A stretch of 64,000 nt of DNA from Longimicrobiales bacterium (GCA_965226375.1 CBDDCX010000008.1:1-64000); one strand, 5' to 3'. Counted from the stretch's first letter, positions 1 to 11,355 are shown. Program-made: numbers and translations. The notes: generated from the sequence alone by a model not told the origin.

Positions 1-2191
1 CGCTGGGCTACGGAGTAGGACATGACTCCGTAGATGCCGATGGCAGCCAGAACGAGGGCGATAGCCCCGAAAATGACCAGTAGGCCTCGCATCGCGGCGA
101 AGGTGGCCAGCTGTGAGTCGATCACCGCTGACATCGTTCGCACGAACTGAACCGGCTGGTCCGTATCCATGGACGTGATCTCGCCCCGGATGCTCTGCAC
201 CAAGGGCGCCGGGTCTGCTGTACTCTTCACGAGCAGGGTCGGAGAGAAGCCCCAACTGCGCCCCGACTGCTTCAGAGGCCGGTAGAGCTCGATGCGCGAC
301 GGTTCTTGCAGGTCGTAGAATCGCACGTGCGCCGCCACTCCGATGACGGTGCGATAAATCGGCACGCTGTTGGCAGCGGTGGGCCGTTGGTTCATCGCCG
401 GCGTGGCCCCCGTCGTCGCCGGTGCGAATTCCGTTGTGATCCGCTTGCCGATGGGGTCCTCCCCCGGCCAGAACTTCTCCGCCATCGTCTCGTCGATCAC
501 GGCCACCAGAGGGGCCCCCGCATCGTCTGCACTGATGAAGCCGCGACCGCGAACGATCTCAATGCCCATGGCCTCGAAGTAGCCGACCGAGGCGATGGTA
601 TTCAGAACGGAGTGGCGGTTTTCCTGGTCGAACACGGCTACCCCCTCGGGCGAGATGGATCTCTCCGAGTTGCTCCCGCCCAATGGGATACTGTTCGCGA
701 CGGCAGCGTGTTGTACGCCAGGGAGCGCACGCGTTCGCTGCAGCAGTTCCTGATTGAAGGCTCGCCACATCTCCTCCTCGGGGTACTTCGCGTCGGAGAG
801 GGGAACCCTCATGGTGAGTACGTTCGTTTCGTCGAAGCCCTTGTCCACCCGCTGGAGTTGATCGAGGCTCTTGATAAGGAGCCCGGCGCCGGCGAGGAGA
901 ACGAGCGACAGCCCCCACTTCTGCGATGACGAGTGCCCCCCGCATTCCGTGGCGGCCACCGACCGAACGGCCACGCCCGCCCTCTTTGAGTGTGGACAGC
1001 AGATCGGGTCTCGACGACCGAAGAGCGGGGACGAAGCCGAAGATCAGCCCCGTCGCCACCGCGAGCGTCAGGGTAAAGAGCAGCACCGTAAGGTCGATCG
1101 AGACACGCCCGACCATCAGAGCCGGAAGGCTGGTGGGCAGTGCACCCTCCATGGCCGCCACCGCGACGTAGGCCAGGCCGATTCCCATGAGACCTCCAGA
1201 AAGCCCCAGCACCAGGCTCTCGGTCAGAAGTTGGCGCACGACCCGATGGCGATTTGCGCCAAGGGCCGCACGGAGAGCCAGCTCTTTCTGCCTACCCTCG
1301 CCTCGGGCCAATAAGAGGTTGGCAACATTCGCACACGCGATCAGTAGCACGAAAGCTACGGCGCCCATCAACATCCAAAGGGGAGCCCTGATGTCTCCGA
1401 CGTAGCGCTCGGTCACCGACACCAGGATCGGCGCGGCTGCGTTCTCGTCTTCCGTCTCGCGAATGGCGGTTGTTATTCGATCGAGATCTACCTGCGCCAG
1501 ATCGATGCTTACCCCAGGCAGGAGTCTGGCGACAGCTCGTGTGCCCGACGAGCTGCCCCGCGCGTTCCAGGAGAGGTCGTCGGAGAAGTGTCCCATGGGA
1601 AGGTAGACGTCATCGCTGGGTGACGGGAAAGCGAAGCCTTCAGGCATCACGCCGATGACCTGGAATGGCTCGCCGTCGATGGACAGCGAGCGCCCGAGGA
1701 CTCCTGGGTCTCCCCCCAGTTGCTCCTGCCAGAAGTTGTGGCTGAGCACAGCGAGGGCAGCGGCCCCGGGTTCCGCCTCCTGAGCGGTTATGGTACGGCC
1801 CCTTGCAGCATCGACTCCGAGCACGGTAAAGAAGTCGCCCAACACCTGCCGAACGCGGATCACCTCCGGCCGGTCTAGGCCCGTCAAGACGGGCACTCGT
1901 GCCCCGGTAGGCACCGAATGACTCGAAGGAGCGCGACCGGTCCTTCCAGTCGTAGTAGTTGGGAATCGACGTCGAGATGTAGAAGCCCTTCGTCGACATC
2001 ACGTCCGGGGTGACAAGGCGCTCCGGCGACTCGAACGGGAGGGGCTGGAGGAGCACACCGTTGACCACGCTGAAGATAGCCGTGTTGGCGGCGATGCCGA
2101 GGCCAAGCGTGAGGAGGACTGCGGCGGTGAAGCCCGGACGCCTCGCGAGCGAGCGGAATACATACTTCAAGTCCTGGGCGAGCGAATCCAT
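1..2191 (-). CDS. ADOP/MacB-FtsX-type ABC transporter permease (3' end outside window; apparent frameshifts near 1890 and 915)
   Basis: N-terminus MDSLAQDLKYVFRSLARRPGFTAAVLLTLGLGIAANTAIFSVVNGVLL; FtsX motif VLLIACANVANLLLARGEGRQKELALRAALGANR; C-terminal half (LLIKSLDQLQRVDKGF...) continues in another frame to position 1. Confidence 0.9.
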
Positions 2192-2308
2192 AGGAGTCCC
2201 TTCACGAGTCGTTGCGGCAGAGGGGGCGCCTCACGGCTCTCTCCGCGTTCCACCCCTGCGTCTAGGAAACTTAGACGGCCCCTGGACTCCGAAGGTTGGC
2301 GGGCCGGA

Positions 2309-3571
2309 TTAACTCTGGGCGCCGGCCTCGCTTCGCCCGACATAGGCCACACACACCAGATCGCCGAGCACATTTACTGTGGTGCGCAGCATGTCGAGAA
2401 TACGATCGACGCCCACCACCAGGGCGATCCCGGCCGCCGCTTGTGGTCCGAGGCCAATCGCGTTCAAGACGATCAGTGTCGTGACCAGCGAGCTTCCGGG
2501 CACGCCGGCCCCGGCCACCGCGGCGAGCGTTGCCGTGAAGACGATCGTCACAATTTCGCCGACGCCCAACGAGAGTCCGTAGACCTGCGCGATGAAGACG
2601 GCCGTGAGCGCCTTGTATAGCGCCGAACCGTTCATGTTCAGGGTCGCCCCGAGGGGAAGCACGAATCCCGTCACCTCCGTCGAGATGCCGAGCTTCTCAC
2701 GGGCGACGTCGATGCTGACGGGCAGAGTAGCGTTGGACGACGAGGTCGAGAACGCCAGAAGGGGCGCTTCGGCTACGGCTCGCAGGAACGCCAGCGGACT
2801 GCGATGGGCCAGAGTGCGCAGTGCCGTGCCGAGTACGACACTCGCATGCAGCACAAGACCGATCGCTGTGAGCGCCGAGTAGAGGAGCAGGCTCTGGAGG
2901 AGCTCCCAGCCGAACCGAGCCACCACAGAAGCAATCAGAGCGAACACGGCATACGGCGCGAGCTTCATGACCCAATGGATCACAACAACGCACATTCCGT
3001 TGATCCCGTCGAAGCACCCCACTACCGCAGCCCGCCTGGCAGGCTCCAGCACCGTGGCTGCCGCGCCGAACAGGAGCGTGGCGATGATCAACGGCAGCAG
3101 GTCCATCTCCGCGGCGGCGGCGAAGGGATTGCGCGGGATCATTTCCACCAGGATCTGTGTCAGGCCGGGGGCGGTCTGTGCGTTCGCAACGGCGGCTGTG
3201 GTCCGGTCCCCCTGAAAGTCCGCCGCCAGGGCGTCACGTACCGCGGGGTCCATCCCCTCTCCGGGGGTAAAAGCGAGGCCTAGGCCGAGGCCGATCAGGG
3301 TCGCGATGACGGTAGTGACCAGAAAGAACACGAGGGTCCTACGTCCGATGTGGCCCAACTTGCGCACGTCGCCGAGCGAGGCGGCACCTACGAAGAGGCT
3401 GGCGACGACCAAAGGCACAACCACCATGGTGATAAGCCGGATGAACGCATCGCCGAGAGGCTGGATCGAGATGAGTGCCACCCGGAGCCACTCGATCTCC
3501 AGGAGCTGAGCCGCCACCCCCGCCAAGGCGCCGGCAACGAGCCCTAAGAGGATCTGCGTGCGGAGGAGCAT
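2309..3571 (-). CDS. Dicarboxylate/amino acid:cation symporter (DAACS, GltP-like)
   Basis: Hydrophobic 420 aa; motifs AFSTSSSNATLP, LPLGATLNMNG, DRILDMLRTTVNVLGD. Confidence 0.93.
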   Translation of the reverse strand: MLLRTQILLGLVAGALAGVAAQLLEIEWLRVALISIQPLGDAFIRLITMVVVPLVVASLFVGAASLGDVRKLGHIGRRTLVFFLVTTVIATLIGLGLGLAFTPGEGMDPAVRDALAADFQGDRTTAAVANAQTAPGLTQILVEMIPRNPFAAAAEMDLLPLIIATLLFGAAATVLEPARRAAVVGCFDGINGMCVVVIHWVMKLAPYAVFALIASVVARFGWELLQSLLLYSALTAIGLVLHASVVLGTALRTLAHRSPLAFLRAVAEAPLLAFSTSSSNATLPVSIDVAREKLGISTEVTGFVLPLGATLNMNGSALYKALTAVFIAQVYGLSLGVGEIVTIVFTATLAAVAGAGVPGSSLVTTLIVLNAIGLGPQAAAGIALVVGVDRILDMLRTTVNVLGDLVCVAYVGRSEAGAQS

Positions 3572-3795
3572 GTGCGTTCAGTTCTACCTGTGGCGATTAG
3601 GCGCTGCTCGGTCGTCCCCAAAGGCTCGGTATGTGCCCGGAGGCGCGGAAACCGGACCGCGGGCAATATACGGGCGACACCTGGCTCGGGAGAGGGGCGG
3701 CGGGGGGCGCGAAGAGGGCATTGCACAAGAGCCACCCCAAGCCCACGATACGCATCGAGTTCGATTCCACCACCCGGGCCGAGGGGTAGAGTACG

Positions 3796-5393
3796 ATGAG
3801 GACGACGATCAGATGGATTGCCAGCATCATGTATGCGCTGACTGTGGTACCGTGCACGGCTCAGGCGCAGAGCTTCAGAACGGACGACCCCGTACTGGAG
3901 CGTATCTGGCAGTTGGGATGGAGCGGTCCCTTGCCACGGAGCTGGCACAGGTCCTCATGGACTCCGTCGGCCCTCGCCTCACCGGCTCTCCGGGGCAGCT
4001 CGCTGCGCACGACTGGGCGGCGAAGACCTATGCCTCTTGGGGAATCGAAGCCGAGAACGAGGAATACGGCACTTGGACCGGGTGGCGGCGCGGTATTCAC
4101 CACGTTGACTTGATCGCTCCACGCGTAAAGACGCTCATTGCCGAAGTGCCCGCATGGAGCGCCGGGACCGACGGGCCCGTGGAGGGGGGGGTGGTGCTCC
4201 TTCCCAGAGTGTCCAGGGTCTCGGAGTTCGAGGCCTGGTTGCCCCAAGCCCGGGGGAAGTTCGTCCTGATCGTGCCCGCGCTGTTGTCCTGCCGGCCGGA
4301 CCGAAATTTCGTAGAGTTCGGAACGCCCGGAGCGCTGGAGCGGTCGGCCGCCGCTCAGGACGCTGCGGATGCCGACTTCAACCGGACCCGTGTAGAGCCC
4401 ACCGGGCTGAGTCTCGATGACATTCGGGCTCGGCTGGGCGATGTGGGGTCCCTCGGACTGCTGCAGTCGAGCTGGAGATACGACGGTACCCTGGGCGTCA
4501 GCCGAGCGCGGGTGCGGACCGTTCCCACCCTGGATCTGGCCTGCGAGGACTACGGCTTGGTCTATCGGCTCGCAGAGCACGGGCAGGGACCCGTCTTACG
4601 CGCCGACGTCGACGTCGAGTTCACGGGGGTGGCTCCTACGTACAACACGATCGCCACGGTGCCCGGCACGACGAATCCGGACGAGTACGTCATGCTCTCG
4701 GCTCACTTCGACTCCTGGGACACCGGGTCCGGTGCCACCGACAACGGGACCGGCACGATCGTGATGATGGAGGCCATGCGGATCCTCGCCGAGGCTTATC
4801 CCAACCCGATGCGCACGATCATCGCCGGGCACTGGAGCGGCGAGGAGCAGGGCCTGAACGGTTCGGAAGCGTGGCGGGAGGACCATCCGGAGGTGGTCGA
4901 GGGCATGCAGGCGCTCTTCAACCAGGACAACGGCACGGGGCGCGTTGTGAGGATCTCCACCCAGGGGCTCACGAGGGCGGCGGAGTACTTCGCCCGCTGG
5001 CTGACTCAGGTACCCGAGTCGATCACACAGCACATCACCCTCAACTCGCCCTCCGTGCCGGGAACGGGCGGCACCGACAGCAGCTCGTTCATCTGCGCGG
5101 GAGCGCCGGCGTTCGGCATCAGCTCCCTGAGCTGGGATTACGGCACGTATACGCACCATACCAACCTCGACACGTACGACAAGATCGTACCCGAGGAGGT
5201 GCGGAATAACGCGACGCTCACCGCCATGCTCGTCTACTTGGCCTCGGAAGATCCCGAGATGATGCCGCGGGACCGGCGGTCACTTCCCGCCATGGCCCCG
5301 AGTCGCGGTCGTCGGCCTGCACGTGAGGTCGCCGAGTGGCCGCAGTGCCGGGATCCACAGCGCAGTGATCCTCAGGCGGGACTGATTCCCTAG
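3796..5393 (+). CDS. Secreted M28-family metallopeptidase (carboxypeptidase Q-like); frameshift near 3915
   Basis: Signal peptide in the 3796 frame (MRTTIRWIAS...AQAQ), then DSVGPRLTGSPG, SAHFDSWD, GATDNGTG, GEEQGLNGS, HHTNLDTYDK. Confidence 0.9.
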
Positions 5394-5399
5394 GGGGGG

Positions 5400-7028
5400 C
5401 TAACGAGCCATAGGCCAGCCGAACAGCGGGTCTCCCTCATTCAGCGCGAAGTCGATCTCCGAGTCGGCCATCCGATGCACGGTGGCTCGCACGATATCCA
5501 CGAACGTGGCGGCGACGTCGTAGTCGAGGGGCATGGACAGGTCGTCCGAGGGCGTGTGAGGCCGATACCTGGCCATGATCTCGTCAGCGTCGATCTCAGG
5601 ATCCGTCGACACCAGGGCGGGGATGAACCGGGTACCGGGTATGCCGGACTGTAGAAAGCTGAAGTGATCGCTTGCGCCTGATTCGAACCAGATGCTGTCA
5701 TCCACGGTGTAGTTCAGGCCCTCGGCCGTCTCACGGAGCGACGTCAGCAATGTGGTAGAGTGCTCGGCGCCGAACGCGATGAGCTCGTCGAACGGAAAAA
5801 ACATCCTGGGTGCATCCAGGTTGATGTTCGCCACCATGCTCTCGTGCGGCACTGTGGAGTTCAGCACGAAGTAGCTCGATCCGACGAGCCCGTGCTCCTC
5901 CGCCGTGGTGGCGAAGAACAGAATCGAGCGTTTCGGGCGGGCGGGGGCCAATGCCAGGAGCCGTGCCACCTCCAACATCATGGCGGTGCCCGTGGCGTTG
6001 TCCATCGCACCATTGTAGATGCTGTCGCCGTCGATCGCTTCACCGATGCCTACGTGGTCCAGATGAGCTGTGATGACGATGTATTCGTTTGAGAGCTCGG
6101 GGTCCGACCCTCTGAGGATGGAGAGAACGTTACGGCTCGATGCGTCCGTATGGATCGACGCCTGGCCGATCGTGGCTTCGATTGGGAGTTCGAACCCGGC
6201 GACGGGGCCCTCACCGGACCCGGCCTCGTCGAGCACCTCGGAGTAGGATCGTAGCGCGCCCCGGAACAGGCGTGAACTGGCGCTTCCACTGAGCGTAGCC
6301 TGGATCTCCGTCCCCACCGTAGCCCGCGCCTGCGTATGCGGGCGCCCTTCAGCATCGACCCAACTCGTCCGCGAGCGGAGCCTGGGCTTTGCCCGGTCCG
6401 CGAACACGTCTTCACTCTGTTCCGCCGGCGACAGCGAAATACTAGCGACCGCGCCCAGCAAGTCGGCTACTTGGGATGGCGGGAGTCGCAGATGCGGATC
6501 CAACAGAAAGAAGGCCGGCGGTCGATCCCCCAGAAACGCGACGATCTTCCCGCTTACGTCCAGGCCCGCGTAGTCGTCGATGTCCTGATCCGGAGCGTAA
6601 AGGCCGTGACCCACGAAGACGACAGGGGCCGTAACGGAGCTTTCGGCGTTCACCATTGCCGGCGAGACGAAGAAGTCGGCCCCGGCCGTAAGCTCAGCAC
6701 CACTCCCGTCACGTTGGAGGCGGAATCGACTCCCCGAGGGGTCTCGAACGCTCTGACGCAGCGGAACGGTCTGGAAGTACGTACCTGCGTCACCACCCGG
6801 TTCTAGGCCGTACGATCTGAACTGTGCCGCTACGTAATTCTCGCTGACCCGTAGACCCCGGCTAGCGGTTTCGCGACCCTCGAGATCGTCATCCGCTAGG
6901 AAGCGCAGATGGGCTTCGATCGCTCCTGGTTCAGCTTGGACGCTCTGGTCCAAGCTCCGTGATTCACAGGCGCTGAGCCCGATCAGGAGGGATGAGAGCG
7001 CTACGGTCTTCAGATTCGCGACGCGCAT
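5400..7028 (-). CDS. M28-family peptidase with PA domain, probable lipoprotein
   Basis: LSAC lipobox; LADDDLEGRET, TAHLDHVG, NGAMDNATG, TAEEHGLVGS, SDHFSF. Confidence 0.92.
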   Translation of the reverse strand: MRVANLKTVALSSLLIGLSACESRSLDQSVQAEPGAIEAHLRFLADDDLEGRETASRGLRVSENYVAAQFRSYGLEPGGDAGTYFQTVPLRQSVRDPSGSRFRLQRDGSGAELTAGADFFVSPAMVNAESSVTAPVVFVGHGLYAPDQDIDDYAGLDVSGKIVAFLGDRPPAFFLLDPHLRLPPSQVADLLGAVASISLSPAEQSEDVFADRAKPRLRSRTSWVDAEGRPHTQARATVGTEIQATLSGSASSRLFRGALRSYSEVLDEAGSGEGPVAGFELPIEATIGQASIHTDASSRNVLSILRGSDPELSNEYIVITAHLDHVGIGEAIDGDSIYNGAMDNATGTAMMLEVARLLALAPARPKRSILFFATTAEEHGLVGSSYFVLNSTVPHESMVANINLDAPRMFFPFDELIAFGAEHSTTLLTSLRETAEGLNYTVDDSIWFESGASDHFSFLQSGIPGTRFIPALVSTDPEIDADEIMARYRPHTPSDDLSMPLDYDVAATFVDIVRATVHRMADSEIDFALNEGDPLFGWPMAR

Positions 7029-7062
7029 GGTGCGGAATACCTCCAGGTGAGGTGTTAGTCAT

Positions 7063-7132
7063 GTCGTCTGACGGGCTGACTCACGACACAGAGGTGGCGG
7101 AGCCACCAGAGATTCCGCGAAGCGGCCGAGCC
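7063..7132 (-). repeat. Half copy of the attC-like hairpin family found at 57294 and 60938
   Basis: GTCTGACGGGCTGACTCACGACACAGAGGTGGCGGAGCCACCAGAGATTCCGCGAAGCGGCCG aligns with 60938-61005; lies about 35 bp upstream of the M28 start at 7028. Confidence 0.65.
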
Positions 7133-7174
7133 GTTGGTCATCGTAAGACCCGGGCCGCCGAAGCGCGACACCGC

Positions 7175-8516
7175 TCACCGAGGGCCGCTCGGCCGGTACA
7201 TCTCCGGTGGGCGGTCGAAGTCGACCCGCTCGATGTCGGTCCAGGGCACGTACTCGGGGCGCTGACGGCCGTCGAAGAAGATCAGCATGCCGGCATTCTG
7301 CTCGCCTAGGTCGCCGGCACGCTCGAGCTGTAGCTCCTCGCCGCTATGGAGGGTCACCCTGGCGCGCTGGGGCGCCGCGCGCTTCGAGGCCCGGGCGCGC
7401 GATCGAGGCGATGAGGCCGAAGGGGATGGTGTAGTCTACGCCCTGGGATGGCGCATCGAGCGTCTCGGTGGTCTCGCTCTCGTCGAGGTCGCAGACCAGT
7501 CGGCCGGCGAGGCGGCGGCCGGACCGCGTGATGACCTTTCCCGTGAGGGGGTGGCCCGGCGGGAAATCGCCGTAGGCGGGGCCGGTGCCGCCTGGGCTGA
7601 AGTCGATGCGCTCAAAGGCGTCCCAGGAGATCAGCACCCGTCCGTAGCGCTGATCGTCGACGTAGATCCCTCGGTTGCCCTGGCCGACCTCGCGGGTGCC
7701 GGAGAGCACGATCTCGCGGCCGTCGAGCAGCGTCACCAAGGAGCTGTTGCGCGAGCGGTGCGCGATGGAGCGGATGGCGTCGAAACGCAGGCTGAGCTCA
7801 CCGTCGGCGGTGTGGCCGTTGAGTTCGTCGGGGCCGACGGCCGCCTCCCGGTCCCACTGTACCAGGCCGGTGAAGTCGCCTGACGCGTGTGCACCGTACC
7901 GTGCAGGGGGTAGGGGGCGGCGCCAAGCCGGGCGGTGGGGAGGAACTCGATGGAGGCGGATCCGCCACTCCCCGAGGTCCACGACGCCGCGCTTGGCGTC
8001 CCATACTCGCACGCCGTCGGCTACGTCGTCGGCGGAGAAGCGGTCGAGGTCGAACACGGTACCGCTCTTGAGGGTCACCCGAATGTCGCGGCCGCGCGGC
8101 TCGATGCGCGCGATGTCGCCGAAGCGTACCATGAACGGCCGGCCGAGGTCGAACTGGTGGTCCCAGCCGACGATCTCGATCCCGAAGATCTCGATCGAGA
8201 AACGCTCCTTCGGCAGCCGCTCGACCGGTGCGTGGGCGACCCAGGGGTTCACGTCCTTGAAGCCGTTGAAGTAGTTGCTCCACAACGCCTCCTCGTCACC
8301 TCCCCAGCGCAGCCGCCCCTCGTAGATTGCGCCGTCATCGGTGGTGATGCGGCCGTAGAGGAGCCCTTCGTGCGTCGCCGCGGTCGAGGGGGTCATTGCG
8401 GGCGACCTGGCCGCCGCGGGGTCGAGGTCCTGTTCGAGGGCCCGGTGGACGGCGCCGAGGGCGAGAAGGATTAGCATGGCGGCGAACGCCCCGCCGGCGA
8501 TTATGCCTCTAGTCAT
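7175..8516 (-). CDS. Hypothetical exported protein with internal repeats (several frameshifts)
   Basis: N-terminal TM segment; repeated G-x-L-x-W/C-D-x-E modules (EGRLRWGGDEE, TGLVQWDREAA, AGRLVCDLDESE); C-terminus in the 7175..7357 frame. Confidence 0.65.
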
Positions 8517-8587
8517 GACCGGCTCCCCCGGAGAAGACACGAGTGTCATGCTTCGTTAGGCCTGACAATCTGGTTGATAGGGTTATG

Positions 8588-8618
8588 TGCAATGTACTTT
8601 GCAGCGCAAAGTATTGCA
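8588..8618. promoter_or_regulatory. Imperfect AT-rich palindrome, candidate operator
   Basis: TGCAATGTACTTTGCAGCGCAAAGTATTGCA, about 70 bp upstream of the 8516 start. Confidence 0.4.
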
Positions 8619-8835
8619 AGCACTGCAACTGGGCGGCCAGAGCGTCCACCTGCCCAATCATTCGACCTCGCGATTCGCGCATGGTCGAGGCATTGTTGTC
8701 ATTGCCAAAACACAACAGGATCGGAACACGGAGGCCGCACACGGGGGGATCATGACTTCTATCCCTCTCTGCCAACGTACGTGAGACACGGAGCACGCAA
8801 AGAATTAGAGTAGGGCGAAGGCAGAGAAAACGAAC

Positions 8836-9285
8836 ATGTTGGGACTGCGAGAGAGAATGGCAGAGAATGGTAGTGCCCCTGGAACCGGGGAGGCCAAGCG
8901 AAGCGCGGCAGCTCCTGCGGACCCGGAGGTAGTAGATAGGCCGCTACGGCGGCGGTTCAGTCCGTCGTACAAGCTGCGGATCGTCGAAGAAGCGGACCGG
9001 TGCACCGAGCCCGGCGAGGTGGGTCAAGTCCTGCGGCGAGAGGGCCTGTACTCGTCGCACCTGACGACGTGGCGCAAGGCGGCGCATAGCGGGTCGCTGA
9101 AGGCCCTGTCGAAGAAACGCGGCCGCAAGCCGGAGCGAAATCCGCTGGATGAGAAGGTACGCAAGCTGGAGCGGCGAAACGCACGGCTCGGGAATGAGCT
9201 CAGGAAGGCACACCTGATCATCGACGTGCAGGGAAAAGTTGCGGGGCTGCTGGGGATAAGCCTCGACGACGGGACAAACTCTTGA
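8836..9285 (+). CDS. IS3-like OrfA (HTH)
   Basis: RRRFSPSYKLRIVEEAD...LRREGLYSSHLTTWR plus coiled coil. Confidence 0.9.
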   Translation: MLGLRERMAENGSAPGTGEAKRSAAAPADPEVVDRPLRRRFSPSYKLRIVEEADRCTEPGEVGQVLRREGLYSSHLTTWRKAAHSGSLKALSKKRGRKPERNPLDEKVRKLERRNARLGNELRKAHLIIDVQGKVAGLLGISLDDGTNS

Positions 9286-10289
9286 AGGCGGCCGATGAGC
9301 TGGCTAAGCACGTCGGTGTAAAACCGGCGTGCGCGGCCCTCGAGGTCTCCCGATCGACGTTGTACCGTCGTCGAGGCCCATCAACCGGGCAACAGCAGCC
9401 CCGCCCGACGCCCGCCCGGGCATTGAGCGAGACGGAACGAGGCGAGGTCTTCGACACGCTGTGTTCGGAGCGGTTCGTGGACCGCTCACCCGCCGAGGTG
9501 GTGGCCACGCTGCTCGACGAAGAGGTCTACCTGTGCAGCGAACGCACGATGTATCGTGTTCTGGCCTCCGAGGTGCCGGTTCAGGAACGCCGGGCGCAGC
9601 GCACCCATCCCGAGTACAAGAAGCCCGAGTTGATGGCCACGGCGCCGAACCAGGTGTGGTCCTGGGATATCACGCGGCTGCTCGGGCCGAAGAAGTGGAG
9701 CTATTACTACCTCTACGTCATCATGGACATCTACAGCCGCTACGTCGTGGGCTGGATGGTGGCGGACCGGGAGAACTCGGCCCTGGCCGGCCGGTTGATC
9801 CAGCAGAGCTGCCTGAAGCATGGCGTCCAGCCCCGGGTCCTGACCCTGCACTCGGATCGGGGAGCTCCAATGACGAGCCAATGCACCGCTCAACTTCTCG
9901 CTGACCTCGGCGTGACCCGCTCGTTGAGCCGGCCTCAGGTGTCGGATGACAACCCGTTTTCCGAGGCTCAGTTCAAAACCTTGAAGTACCATCCCTCGTT
10001 TCCCGGACGGTTCGGGGATCAGGGCCAAGCCAAGACGTTCTGTCGATCGTTCTTCCGCTGGTACAATGCCGAGCACCGCCATGGCGGCATCTCGATGCTA
10101 ACCCCCGAGCAGGTCCACTTCGGGAACGCCGATCAGGTCATTGCCGGCAGGAAATCCGTGCTCCGCGAAGCATGGGCCGCTCATCCCGAACGCTTCGTCA
10201 GAGGTGTGCCGAAGCCCAAACCGCTCCCGGAGGCCGTCTTCATCAATCCTCCCATCCCTTCCCTCACCACACAGGACATTGCTCTCTAA
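9282..10289 (+). CDS. IS3-like OrfB DDE transposase (rve)
   Basis: APNQVWSWDIT, LHSDRG, DNPFSEAQFKTLK, WYNAEHRH. Confidence 0.93.
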   Translation: MKAADELAKHVGVKPACAALEVSRSTLYRRRGPSTGQQQPRPTPARALSETERGEVFDTLCSERFVDRSPAEVVATLLDEEVYLCSERTMYRVLASEVPVQERRAQRTHPEYKKPELMATAPNQVWSWDITRLLGPKKWSYYYLYVIMDIYSRYVVGWMVADRENSALAGRLIQQSCLKHGVQPRVLTLHSDRGAPMTSQCTAQLLADLGVTRSLSRPQVSDDNPFSEAQFKTLKYHPSFPGRFGDQGQAKTFCRSFFRWYNAEHRHGGISMLTPEQVHFGNADQVIAGRKSVLREAWAAHPERFVRGVPKPKPLPEAVFINPPIPSLTTQDIAL

Positions 10290-10330
10290 TTAATCCCGTA
10301 GAGTGTCCCATTGTCGTTGACAGGTTCCGG

Positions 10331-10627
10331 ATCGGAGGAGCTTGGCTCAGTAGGTGGGAACTTGTCCCACCGCGCGACCAACTTCTTGATCTTACTTGGG
10401 AAAACTTCATTTCTATTAGACAGGGAAGACATTCCAAGCGCGGCAGGCAGGTAGCGGTAGATGTCCCGGATGATGTGGCAGATGAGGTGGACGCGGGCGG
10501 GGAAGTCGGGACGGTGCAAGAGTGTAACGGCCGCAGCGTACCCTTCGGCGAATGATGGCGCTCGATCACTGATCCAGCGTAGCAGCTCACGCCGCTGGGC
10601 AGTCCAATAGGGCAAGTCGTCGGGCAA
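10331..10627 (-). pseudogene. Hypothetical protein N-terminus interrupted by IS copy 1
   Basis: Helical ORF (RRELLRWISDRAPSFAEGY...HLICHIIRDIYRYLP) runs into the IS end; frame stays open past 8760 after IS removal. Confidence 0.5.
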
Positions 10628-10869
10628 TTCGATCTGGCACTCCTCTAACCGCGAAATCGTTCTTGCACTGTGCAGCGCCTCTGTCCTTCGTTTTCCGAGG
10701 TCGGGTCGAGCGGTGCTAAATTATGGGGATTATACAGAATGCTTGACGGGACCGTTGTCCTTCGGGGGCGGCCGCATCATCCGGCGCACTACTTCCTCCG
10801 TCCTGCACGATCCGGTGAACCCATCCGCTAACGTCTCGGGCTTCTCAGTATACTCCAGCCGCTTCTCCG

Positions 10870-11355
10870 TCATGAGCAAGCCACCTCGTTCACGCGCAAG
10901 TATTCGCCGATGAAGGCGTCCAAAGACTCGGACAGGAGCTGCATGATGTTGCCAGCGTCATTCCCGTGGGTGCCTACTACCGGAGCTATACGGTACGTTC
11001 TGCCGAGCGCCGAGTCCCCTGACTGGGGGTCATCTAGCATTTTGTAGAAGTTCATGTAGTACGCAAATGCCAGATCGACCACAGCCACCGTTATAATGAT
11101 CTGTGTGGCTGGATCTGAACCGGGGCTCGCGACCATCCGCGCGGCCCGTAGGCGGCTCATGGCCATCGTGCGGATGCGATCATCGGTGAGCCCGATTTCC
11201 TCCCCCCTGTCGCCCAATGAGAATCTGAAGAGCGGCTCTATGGGCTCACACCCGTTGTACAGCATGAAGCGCAAGCCGCCTGGCGGAAATTGGGCTGCTA
11301 GGGGTGCGGCAAGCGAGAAGACTAACGCGAACGCGACCAGCGTCCGGCCAATCAT
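10870..11355 (-). CDS. Hypothetical secreted protein
   Basis: Signal peptide MIGRTLVAFALVFSLAAPLAAQ; terminal Cys pair (LYNGC...EVAC). Confidence 0.65.
   Translation of the reverse strand: MIGRTLVAFALVFSLAAPLAAQFPPGGLRFMLYNGCEPIEPLFRFSLGDRGEEIGLTDDRIRTMAMSRLRAARMVASPGSDPATQIIITVAVVDLAFAYYMNFYKMLDDPQSGDSALGRTYRIAPVVGTHGNDAGNIMQLLSESLDAFIGEYLRVNEVACS

Larger units (their letters stand above)
8763..10330 (+). mobile_element. IS3-like insertion sequence, copy 1 (1568 bp, 2-bp AT duplication)
   Basis: Matches 41230-42797 in inverted orientation; subterminal IRs TGCCAACGTACGTGAGACAC / GTGTCCCATTGTCGTTGACA. Confidence 0.93.

Noticed and set aside
1..8516. Programmed frameshifting or true pseudogenisation of the permease, M28 and hypothetical genes
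   Set aside because: Single-base indels are frequent across the window, often in short homopolymers; sequencing error is the simpler explanation and reads are needed to decide
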